In this document: positions 1 through 10,475 of the stretch, piece by piece
Position numbering within the stretch: the stretch's first letter is position 1
Layout of the letters: each line of letters opens with the position of its first letter
Assembly (NCBI RefSeq): GCF_902652985.1
Contig: NC_047020.1
Coordinates: 36,704,001-36,768,000, forward strand
Direction of reading: 5' to 3'
Length of the DNA stretch: 64,000 bases
Source of the DNA: Pecten maximus
Taxonomy: Eukaryota
Notes under the pieces: generated by a model
Database searches by the model: none
What the model was told of the DNA's origin: nothing
The model's input: only the letters and a program-made list of their open reading frames with translations
Translations under genes and position numbers: made by a program

Positions 1-2
1 TT

Positions 3-713
3 GTATTCGGTTGGAAATCTGTAGGATATTTCCCTATAAGGTTGTCTCTTCCTTTTGTGGAAAGTTGCATGTTTGGGAAACACACAGCAGATCTCAAAAC
101 GGAGTTTTTAAAAACATTACCAAAGGCTGACAGTGATGTTCTGAAAGGCTCAATGTCCAATTTCCAAGCAGTTTCGTTAGATGACCTGACGGATGTCCTC
201 GACACACATGATGTTAAGACAATTCCGAACCCAGGAAACATTGAACGCCTTGTGAGTGAGATCGCACACAAGGAACTTATTCAAGCTGGCATGTTTATTA
301 TCAACTGTTGGCATCCAGTGATGAAGCATATGAAGATGATCACTCATGAACGGTTGGTAATCATGTATGACCAACTGGTCCCATCACCAAGACGCGTGGC
401 GCAGCTATTTAAATTCCCGGAACACATGGCTCAGGAAGAGTTAACCACCGCAAACCACATGAAGCGCTTTGTCAGGGAACTAGATCACGGCAACCTCGGG
501 AACTTTCTACGATTCTGTACAGGATCAGACATTCTCTTATGCAAACACATACAAGTCAATTTCGTAGTCAATGAAGGTCTCGGGAGGCGACCAGTAGCAC
601 ACACATGTTCCTGTATGTTGGAATTGCCAAAAAAATACGAGTCATATCCTGTTTTCAGATCAGAATTCCTAACGATTCTGAAAGCTGGTGTTTGGGTAAT
701 GGACATAATATAA
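3..713 (+). CDS. HECT-domain E3 ubiquitin ligase (G2E3-like), C-terminal part; 5'-truncated by window edge
   Basis: Frame is open from position 3 (VFGWKSVGYFPIRLSLPF...). HECT C-lobe motifs FLRFCTGSD and RRPVAHTCSCMLELPKKYESY..F..EF, with the catalytic Cys in AHTC. Stop at 711-713; AATAAA at 1504-1509. Confidence 0.85.
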   Translation, partial: VFGWKSVGYFPIRLSLPFVESCMFGKHTADLKTEFLKTLPKADSDVLKGSMSNFQAVSLDDLTDVLDTHDVKTIPNPGNIERLVSEIAHKELIQAGMFIINCWHPVMKHMKMITHERLVIMYDQLVPSPRRVAQLFKFPEHMAQEELTTANHMKRFVRELDHGNLGNFLRFCTGSDILLCKHIQVNFVVNEGLGRRPVAHTCSCMLELPKKYESYPVFRSEFLTILKAGVWVMDII

Positions 714-1625
714 ACAAATACTCATACTTACATTGTGTACCAATATCTAGCTATTTTCAGCGGGGCTTATGTCATTGCCCTGGTATTCCTTAGCTATCAG
801 TGATATTCATGTTCAATGGTGTTAATGACATCTTTAAAATATATACCGTCGAATTGGCACAATTTGTATCATATAGTTTCACATCTAATGGTACATGTCG
901 TCACAAAAGAGTGCTGGATTTTGCATAGAACATCTTTGAGACCCAGTACTATAGTTTTTAAAATGACATGTACTTTTTTTTTTTAATTTAGTAGGGAACA
1001 GATGGTTCTCATAATATCTGTCGTGTTTAGTTCGTGTTCTTTAAAAACGATTGATAGTTAGTCCCGCGAATTTTAAATTTGAATATAACATTGCAATATG
1101 TGAGTTAGTGATACACATAACATGCATGGCAAATGCTTTCATAATCGTATGCCAATTATCTTAAGCATCTTATTAATCTTTTTATAGGTATTACACTGTT
1201 CATTTAAAACTTCTGGTTGAGCCACAATAAGCAGTGGTTAAAAACAATTGGATAAAATGGACTGTCAACGGTTCCTAATCGGTGACCTGTACATGCTTCT
1301 ATAGACTTGTCGTTATTGATTAAAAGCTAACTATATCATTTGTCTATGTCTTCTTATCTGTTTCAATCCTCATACTTTGTCAAAACATTTGGCCAAGCAC
1401 AAAATGAACATATTTCGATACACAAATCCCGCATACATCTGTTTGTGCAGTATGGAATGTATACACAATTCAATAATATAATGTCACGACCAGCATTTGT
1501 GAGAATAAAATCTATTGCATAGCACAATGATACGAGTACAAGATTCTATTTACCACAGGATAAAAGCGATGATCTCAATGTATTTCCCTATATTTAAGTC
1601 ACTTGCTCAGTTTAGCTTCGCTGAG

Positions 1626-2359
1626 TACGGAAGCGTATAGTGACCCCCCGAAACCAACTTATAAATGATTAAATATTAGTTTGTTATGACGTATGACCTA
1701 CTTAAAAGTTGTCTTCACGACTTTTATATAATTTTTAATCACACTAGCGACTGAAATGAAGCTTCTATATCATGATCTCGTTTTCATTACATCAGTTAAG
1801 TTGTCATGTGACATAATTTGTGTCAATTTTGTGACTACCGAATTTCCGACAGAAAAATCATTATCGTATCACAATATTCATCAAATAACCCGGTTTGACA
1901 ACTTGTAGAGTAATATCACGTTAAAACGGCTTAACCATTTAATTAAACCAAATGCTATGTTACAAAAATGGCTGTCAGACTCCAGTCGTTTTAACTTGAT
2001 AATATTACTCAACAGGTCGTCAAACCGAGTCATACGTTTTCGTAGTTACGTATTTGATAAATATTTTGATACAATTACGACTTTTATATTTAAACTATCA
2101 TTTACGAGTTCTTTTTTTCTCGTTATCGCGATAATGAAATACAAAATTGTAAGGTTATCACGAAATTGACATAAGTTATGTCACATAACAACTGAACTGA
2201 TGTAATGAAAACGAGATCATACTATAGAAGCTTCATGTAAGTCGCTAGTGTGATATATAAAAGTTGCGAAGACAACTTTTAAGTAGGTTGTAGGACATAC
2301 TAAGCTACTATTAAACCATTAATAAGTTGGTTTCATCGGGGTCACCACACGCTTCCGTA
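1626..2359. mobile_element. Non-autonomous foldback/MITE with long imperfect TIRs, IS3EU-type ends
   Basis: Starts TACGGAAGCGTATAGTGACCCC and ends GGGGTCACCACACGCTTCCGTA. Arms ~1626-1838 and ~2153-2359 are reverse complements. A second inner arm pair lies at ~1890-1931 and ~1984-2029. No TSD (GCTGAG vs CATATG). Confidence 0.8.
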
Positions 2360-2568
2360 CATATGGATGGAAAGTCGTGTATTATCCTCTATTTTCATAA
2401 TGTGTTGACTGCTTAAACCTAATAAGTATTTCAAACGTCATAATAAAAGAAAAGAGATCAGACGAAGACAGCGTCACTAGATACAGTATATTTATTAGAT
2501 ATCAGACATAAACGTGTAGCTACATTATGTTAGTACATGTAGATATGTCGTCAAGCTGATGTATTCAT

Positions 2569-2895
2569 TTACAACAGTGATTTTATTATATTTCTCAAAT
2601 TGTAATAAAGCTCCTTTTCTTGAGTAGGACATGTCGGCATGTGACACCTGTTTACGTCCATTATGTTCTGAGATAGTTCATAGACATCCTCATCACATGT
2701 ATATGTCCCTTTTGGCGTTGTCTCTTCTTCACAAATCTGTATACCCATTGCATCGACAGGACAGGTTCTGTCCTCCACATCATACATTTCTGGCATGGTA
2801 TACATAGTCACCGGACGGGAGCCTCCACGACACGGACCTTGGGCTGTGCGTATTTTGTGGGAGTTCCATGTTGCTACAAATTCATCTAGTTCTTC
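2569..2895 (-). pseudogene. Transposase exon 2 (C-terminal: EELDEFVATWNSHKIR...LYYNLRNIIKSLL*)
   Basis: Preceded on - strand by the acceptor TTTTTTTTGTCAG|GAA (phase 0). The ELD...WNSHxIR...P..MY motif is the usual continuation of this integrase-core family. PolyA signal on - strand at 2491-2496. Confidence 0.75.
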
Positions 2896-3369
2896 CTGAC
2901 AAAAAAAAATCATCATATGATAGCATGTTCCTTACATTTCTGACATGGTAACAATTCAAATGCTGCAACTGTATTTGATTTCGTTTTATTTTAAAATTCT
3001 GACTACCACCTTTTCATAGTTTTTGCTTAACAGGCATGACTGCAATAACGTTCACTATTTACCGAATGAATAATAAATCGTATCTGGGTGAAAAAACGTT
3101 CAGGTGACAAATCCGTAATAAATTAACGTTGGACTGAACCACCAAACAATATCTTAAAAAGAATCGGAATTGGGCATCGGCATAGGTGATTTATACTAAC
3201 AATGCTGATGAATCTTAGCCTATTTACTTTTTACTTCAGCGGATTCGGGATACACGAAAGTGCACCTAACATTTCTGGTATTAAACTGTTTGTATGATTA
3301 TGGTTGTCATCAGATGTCTTATTTTCTTATAGAGATAACTCTCAGAAATAGATATTTACATAAAATATC

Positions 3370-4194
3370 TCAGTTATAGAGAAATATATCTCTGGAAATA
3401 GAGAAATCCAGGAAATCTCCACAAAACATTGCGTTTTCATCATCGGTTAAAGATCTGAACAATTTCATCCAAAATTGACATGTTTGTTTCCTCAACATCC
3501 CCCATAACCACTCAATTCTTTGATTGTTTGTGCTTTTTCCGTATAGAAAACTTTTATTTCCAGCAAGTTCGTCGTCATGGTTTTGTCTAAGAAATATTTG
3601 CATTTGTTCAACATGTCCGTTTTCGGTCCCCATATCTGCACGTACTCTCTGTGGACACCCTTGTATTTGTTTTACTGCTTTTATGAAGTAGCTGGCTATA
3701 ACTTTTGGATCGTTGTTTGTCTTGTAGGCCTCCATCCAAATAATTTTGCGTGAGAAACCATCTATGCAACCATGAATTGAAATGCCGTAAGGTTTAAGTT
3801 TGTCATAACCGTCTATATGCCAGACGTAGTTAGGACCTTTGCTGAAGTATGTCCGTCGTCGTAGCCTCCGTCTTTTCCTAGCAGCTATCCCAGTACTATC
3901 CAATACGTGTAAAAGTGCCAATACCGTATCTCTTGGTATATTGAACCCATGTTGTAAACATTTCTGATGCATCCATCTGTATCCATGGTGAAAATTCGAT
4001 GCCATAACAAATAGTGCAACGTCCAATATGTCCGAGTGGTTTTTCCTTCTCGACAAATGTTGCTGTCGTAAGATCCTTTTCAATGTCGATCTACTAATAA
4101 CACAGCCAGACGAAATCGCCAATGACGACAATATTTCATCATTACTGAATCCCAGGTAAAAGCAACATTTCACAATGTCGGTAACAACTGCCAT
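3370..4194 (-). pseudogene. IS3EU-like DDE transposase (integrase core) exon 1, probably disabled at its 3' end
   Basis: ATG at 4194 (MAVVTDIV...). N-terminal HTH-like segment (ISRSTLKRIL), then GYRWMH, RRRLRRRTYFSKGPNYVWHIDGYDKLKPYG..IHGCIDGFSRKIIW, RVRADMGTEN and STNNQRIE, giving the D-D-E triad. After GDFLD the frame runs into low-complexity sequence and stops, with no phase-0 GT donor. Confidence 0.85.
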
Positions 4195-4277
4195 TCCGTA
4201 GTGTTGTATTACATAAGCTCCGGTTTCATGATGGAGCACACTGTTACATGTAATGCAAGACACTTTAATATATGTAT

Positions 4278-4684
4278 AAACGAGAAATAATCTCGTTATG
4301 ACGAGAAATAATCTCGTATATACGAGAAATTAACTCGTATATACGAGAAATAATCTCGTTATTACGAGAAATAATCTCGTATATACGAGAAATAAACTCG
4401 TTATTACGAGAAAGAAACTCGTATATACGAGAAATAATCTCGTTATTACGAGAAATAAACTCGTATATACGAGAAATAATCTCGTATATACGAGAAATAA
4501 TCTCGTATATACGAGAAATAATCTCGTATATACGAGAAATAAACTCGTATATACGAGAAAGAAACTCGTATATACGAGAAATAATCTCGTATATACGAGA
4601 AATAAACTCGTTTATACGAGAAATAATCTCGTATATACGAGAAAGAAACTCGTATATACGAGAAAGAAACTCGTATATACGAGA
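4278..4684. repeat. Subterminal tandem array, ~19 x 21 bp, each with a 14-bp palindrome CTCGTATATACGAG
   Basis: Unit CTCGT(ATAT/TATT)ACGAG-AAA(TAAT/TAAA/GAAA), read directly from the sequence. Confidence 0.95.
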
Positions 4685-5566
4685 TTTTTTATTTATTTTT
4701 TAATGATACCAACTAAGTCTATTTTTTTCATTGGTCCTATTCGGCTTCCGTATGCTAGGGAGCCCACAGAAGCATCGTTTCTGAAGTGAGTCATGTTGGA
4801 ACAAGCAAAGACAAGTCCGGTAATTCAAGAATTGGGTAATAACTCTAACCCATAATGGCTGTATTTGTTCGCAATGCATAAAACTTCAGGAAACTTAATG
4901 CGGTTAAAAATATCTTTTCGTGCCAAATCGCTCCAACAAATTCGTTTTGTATTCATTGGAGCTATGAAGTGTTCTCGGCGGCTGTTGATCGGACTTCGCT
5001 GGGGGTCCACTTAAGTGGCGATGAAACACCAATCGGTTAGATAACTTGTCTTTTCGAGTAGAATGATCATTTAATTAAATTGAATCGAAACCCAATGGAT
5101 TACGTTTTGGAGATTATTTTCACTTGAAGGAAATAATCGATACCACAATGGACTTCTCGTGTCTTTAATTAAAGGGACAAGAGTCTTTGAATTGGTATTT
5201 CATTTTACTAAATATCGTCAAAAGTACAGATTAACAGTTAAATTTCTATAAAAGCTCATGAAAGCAATTTACAAGCTCAGATTTAGAAATACTGGTATCA
5301 TTGTAAAGGCAATATACAAGTTAAAAACATTTAAGCAATAATTCCGTTCCTTAATGGTGGGATATAGTCAACTATGAATGAAATCCGCGTTCCATTGTTG
5401 TCAGAAATAGGTTTAATCGGGAAACACGCGAACGTTACTTAAGCTCATCACTGCTTACGTTAACATTCCTCTGTTTATGTTGGGTGACCGAGGACAATGT
5501 AGATATCGAGAAACCAAAAGTTAATACGGAAAGTATCAACGAGAGTTGAACCAGGGGTTCCGGAAG

Positions 5567-5770
5567 TTTTTTTGTTTTTTTGTTTAACGTCCTATTTAAG
5601 GACGTGCCAGGTTTGGAGGTGGAGGAAAGCCGGAGTGCCCGGAGAAAAACCACCGGCCTACGGGCAGTACCTGGCAACTGCCCCACGTAGGTTTCGAACT
5701 CGCAACCCAGAGGTGGAGGGCTAGTGATAAGGTGTCAAGACACCTTAACCACTCGGCCACCGCGGCCCCT
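5567..5770 (-). mobile_element. tRNA-derived SINE with V-type central domain, with TSD
   Basis: On the minus strand: GGGCCGCGGTGGCCGAGTGGTTAAG (A box), GAGTTCGAAAC (B box), GGTTTTTCTCCGGGCACTCCGGCTTTCCTCCAC (V-domain-like) and an A-rich tail. 9-bp TSD TTCCGGAAG at 5558-5566 and 5771-5779. Confidence 0.85.
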
Positions 5771-6347
5771 TTCCGGAAGAGTAATCGTCTTCCGCTCTAC
5801 GTTAAATCTGAGCTAAGTGACATTCTCAAACCCAAACTTGAGGTCACGGCAAGAAACTAGTCAAAAATAATCTAGACGAAGAACAACTTTTCGCAAAGAG
5901 TGCTAAACCACTGGAAATGAATTTAACTTCTGCGTAAATGAATATTAGAAGAACAAACCATTGTAGGACTCTGAATTGCTTGGCTGGCGAAAAATATTGA
6001 TATAAAATATCTAACATCTCCATGCAAAAGTCTACTTATTTCTAAATAAATATACGCTTCTTATTCATGCGTTATGTCTGGTCATTGAACCATGACGTAA
6101 TTGATATGCATGATTAAATTAGGTTAGTCCGTCGATTAACAGTAATTAGGTGCAGTAACCTGAGAGAGATATAACGTCCAATATAAACAGATTGTACAGG
6201 TCAGTGGGGTTAAACGTACTTATGCAGAGGACAAACACTTGTTCAAGTATAGTAATGGAAGAGGGTATGCCGAAAAGTACTGCCCGGAATCAAATGTGTT
6301 AAACCCGAAAGGAAAGTCAGGGAGTCTAAATCGGCCAAAACTACATT

Positions 6348-7312
6348 AAACAAGAGTACTGTCGGCGGTACAAAGCTCGCTTACATTGTATATCACTACA
6401 CCTCACACTAGAATGAGGGGCGAGTTCACCATCGGTACAAAGCTCGCTTACATTGTATATCACTACACCTCACACTAGAATGAGGGGCGAGTTCACCATC
6501 GGTACAATAAATCACTATACCTCACACTAGGATTAGGGGCCGAGTTCAATATCACTACACCTCACACTAGAATGAGGGGCGAGTTCACCATCGGTACAAA
6601 GCTCACTTACATTAAATCAATATACCTCATACTAGGATTAGGAGGTGAGTTCACCATCGGTACAAAGAATAATGGGGTAATTTCACCGTTGGTACAAAGC
6701 TCGCCTCATATTGTATATCATTATATCTAACACTAGAATGAGGGATGGGTTCATTATCGGTACAAAGCTAGATTTACATTGTATATCACTATTTCACCAA
6801 CTGGAATCTATATTGCAATATATTTATACCAATATTTTAACAAAAACAAATTGCAATATTTGAGGTAAAACTGACATAGTTAAAATTAGGTTTTGAATTG
6901 TAGAAAACAATAAAATTATTACGATTTTGAAACATATTTGTCACCAAAAATTAATAGATAACATTCATAGCAACCCTGATGCCAGATATTATTACCCTAG
7001 TACAATCATAAAGGAGCTAACTGATGCCTTTCAACAATTTCATCAAAACTTAACATTAGATTTGACTTACGTCCAAAAAGTTTTAAACAAAATCAGGGTT
7101 TTCCCAAAAAAATATTCATTTTTACTCCGGATAGTAATACTTAACCCCATGGCAACACTAAAACCAAATATTGGAACCCTAGTTCACATATAAAGGAGTT
7201 TACTCTAATGCCGTTCAACACGTGCAACAGAACCTTAACATTTAGAAACCAATACCGACGCCGACGCCGGAGTGACCACATACGCCCCTCCTCTCTTCAA
7301 GAGGCGAGCTAA
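6348..7312 (-). mobile_element. HINE (non-autonomous Helentron-associated element)
   Basis: One end is AAACAAGAG plus the short stem GTACTGTCGGCGGTAC plus subTIR AGCTCGC. The other end is a (GACGCC)n microsatellite plus GAGGCGAGCTAA (inverted subTIR). This layout is typical of bivalve HINE/pearl-like elements. Confidence 0.6.
6366..6795. repeat. 67-bp tandem repeat (2 clean plus several decayed or partial copies)
   Basis: Unit CGGTACAAAGCTCGCTTACATTGTATATCACTACACCTCACACTAGAATGAGGGGCGAGTTCACCAT starts at 6366 and 6433; the next unit start is at 6500. Confidence 0.9.
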
Positions 7313-10271
7313 TTATAGAAGGAAGTATCCCCTAATGTGATAGTTACCTACATGATATCATTGTATATTGGATAATTTTGGAAGTCAAGCAATATAAATA
7401 TATTTGGGTTCAACATATCTAAAGTATTAAAAGGAGAAGACGCTATGATCCAAGCGGGATTTAAATATTAATTTCACTCTCTGTGCTTGAAGAACCGACG
7501 GAGATGATGACATTTTAATTAGACTTTCTGGATCAACTCAACGAGGATGAGATGAAGAACGGGTGAGCATTCTGAGCAAACAAATAAGTTACTTCTTAAC
7601 TAGGTTGTTATCCACCGAACAACACCTAGATAAACTCATTAAATTCCCTCAAATCTAATGTCAAAGCACATTGCAGCGCGAAACGAGAACCCAGAGGCGT
7701 GTGTGTCTGTATCTAAGCGACAAATACACAACATCGAAGAACATGTTAGAAATCCCATAGGGGGGTCTTTTTTTATTCATACTTGCTCTCCTCTCTTTCA
7801 CTGAAGCGCCCTGGATTATTAAAATCTTTTACATCATTCGTTAAATACCAAAAAAACAAAAACACATTTTCTCAGCAACACCCATATACTTCTTTGCATT
7901 GTCGAGATATTAATTTATTTGCAACTCTCCGTCAAAACAGTTGATTGATATAAGCATTTGCAAAGTACATAAAGACGTTCACTTCTTTTCTGTTGAGGAT
8001 TTGACTGAAATAAACTAGCATCATCACCCGTATGTAAGCCATTCTGAGATTCCATGCTAAGAAATCACTCCCGGAAGCATTATGGAAGATTGGGGGTTTA
8101 ATCAGAGGCCAAGATTCTAAAGAACAAAACCTAGAATAAATTGGATGATCTTAATGACCTGTCGACATGACTCATCATGACGAAATATACTATAAAAGTA
8201 GAGATAATTTGTAAACGTATAATTCCATATTTACGACGGTTATTTAAGTAGCCACTTGATTGTAATGAACGGTGTGCGTGTGTGCGAAATTTACACTTGT
8301 TATATGGAATAAATATATTGAAGGTTATATCCTTGAGTCTGTGTTCATTTACTATACTTAATGGTTATCAAATTATAAGACCCCATTCCCAGTGGGCCCG
8401 AGATCAACGAACCTAGGTTAGGTCTCTTGGATAGAAACCGCTCCCTTTAACAATACAATGTACAAACAAACAGCATATGACTTGGTTGTTTGAAGAGCGA
8501 ACTGGAAACAATAGTGTATACAGCTACCGAATTTTATTGTTTTTATTCATTTTTCATATCCATTAATCTCAAAAAGATGTATCATTATCGATGAATTTTT
8601 ATTACAATTTGTATTTATCGGTCTTATCATTTTACTGCATGTAAGTGTATGGAATGTTCATTACAAATTGACGGTACGTATCCTGCAATCTCGCACGATA
8701 CCTAACAAACTGTGAATCTTGGCTGCAATATAACTGCATTAGCTCTTCCCGCTTATATAGACGATCGGGACACTGTATAGACAGTGTGTACCTTAACACT
8801 TTTCGATTTGTATGGAAAGTGAAAAGATGACAGTTTGTACCCTACAATAATTCATATTTTAACAGAAAACAATATCAAGACATACCTGTATTACCCTGTA
8901 TTTCGGCTATGATACAAGTATGCTTGACATGAAATGTGATCGCATATTCCCTATAATTATTCATAATTCACATTAAAAATATCTTTGGATATCAGCAAAT
9001 TTAGTGTAGAACATCAACCTATTGGTCTTTTTCAGTATTCTATGTTTATGGAATATTACGCAAAATAATAGCATATACCCTTCAATTATTCATATATCCT
9101 GAGTAAATAATCTCGCAAGGTACAGTAAATGTACAAATCACAGGTAGTCTTATTTTAGCGCTGAAAGCCTTCCGCAAAATCATGATCGCGTTAATTAAAA
9201 TTTCTTATATCTTTCCCAAGGTAACTACTATAAGTACGTCTCATTAATGCGCTGATGCGTTTGAATTCAGTTTTGCGCTAAACATTTGAGTACGCGAAAA
9301 TAAGCATGTACACGAAAATAAGCATATTTACAGTATCTTACAATATGAACCTGTTGACTCTTTCCGCTTCTCAATAGGACATTAGAAAGTGATATCATGC
9401 ACTCCTCAATGGGTCGTCTGAAGTAATGTGTCTGAGTGTGGTCAATGGTGATACGTCTTATGTCCAGACGATGACCTGAGTGGAGGCGAATCAATAGCAG
9501 ACGAGTTGTAATATCCCCTCCGCAGCTGTTAAGACATTTACCAAAATAAACAAATGCTTATTCCAAAAGTAATGCTTGTATGCTATCTACAGATATCCGC
9601 ACAGCGAAACAATATAATATGAACATAAATAGGCCAAAACGTCCCACATTAGTGGTGAGATTTCAAGAAAACGTACTGAAATTTGATAATAATTTCGTCG
9701 ACTGTAATTGACCCTGAATAAGTTTTTGCAATGAGTGAATGAAAAATAATACAACTCGTGATATCAATACAGAAAAAAACTAGTTGAATTGATTTTTTTA
9801 TCCGTTTTTACATCTTAAATTTTTCATCTTCAGCGTGATTGCTATGGGAGTCATAGTTCACTTTTAAATCAGCGTTCCTTAATTGAACTTTGACAGCCTG
9901 TCTCTTTCATGTCAATCAAATAAAGGTTTTGATTGACTGGGATCGCTAAGGGACCTATAGAGAGCAGATCACTATATTCGTTAAAGTGCAAATCAAAAAT
10001 TGATTCTTGGGAGAAAACAGTTTACATTATCACAGGTCTTGTCTGTCTATAATAGATGTTTGGAATTTGTTTCCAATGCCAATATTTAACTCATTTTAAA
10101 GATTTCCCCAATACTTGACTTAACATAAGTGATTTGACTTAACACCAGCGTCAAACTTTTGCAGCTTGAAAATCAAGTATTTATACATTTTGTCAAATCA
10201 ATTGATATCAGTAAACATGATTTTTTTTTTGTACAAAAGACAGACACATCAACAGTATATTTTAATAGATA

Positions 10272-10475
10272 GACAAGAGGCCCATGGGTCTGAACGGTCA
10301 CTCGCTTTCTGAAATATTTCAGTCAATTTGTCCCTTTTTGGTACCCCCAAGGCCATGGAACTGGCCATGGAACTGGCCATGGAAGGTTTCTGTAAAATTT
10401 CACTGAAATTGGTTTAGGGCTTTCGGAGAGGAAGTTATGAATATAAATTGTTTACGGACGGATGACGACGGACAA
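10272..10475 (-). mobile_element. Truncated HINE fragment
   Basis: ACAAGAGGCCCATGGGTCT hairpin end, TTTCACTGAAATTGG...TTTCGGAGAGGAAG repeat-core remnant and GGACGGATGACGACGGAC microsatellite. Confidence 0.5.

Larger units (their letters stand above)
1..4752. mobile_element. IS3EU-type eukaryotic DNA transposon, right part (left end outside window), carrying a HECT-ligase ORF and a DDE transposase in convergent orientation
   Basis: Integrase-core transposase ORF (-); subterminal 21-bp array; terminus TTCGGCTTCCGTA ending at 4752 (reverse complement TACGGAAGCCG, matching the TAY..RTA ends recalled for IS3EU). Inclusion of the HECT ORF is inferred because no matching left terminus appears between it and the transposase, apart from the self-contained foldback element. 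Confidence 0.7.

Noticed and set aside
4278-4684. CRISPR-like array of palindromic repeats
   Set aside because: Linkers are 7 bp and nearly identical, with no unique spacers and no cas genes; the context is a eukaryotic transposon.
1626-4752. A single element bounded by TACGGAAGC at 1626 and GCTTCCGTA at 4752 (excluding the HECT gene)
   Set aside because: Similarity is limited to 9 bp, the flanks do not form a TSD (GCTGAG vs TGCTAG), and the 1626 end pairs over about 210 bp with the 2359 end instead.
5690-5770. tRNA gene
   Set aside because: A and B boxes are present but there is no proper cloverleaf; it continues into a SINE body and tail with a TSD.
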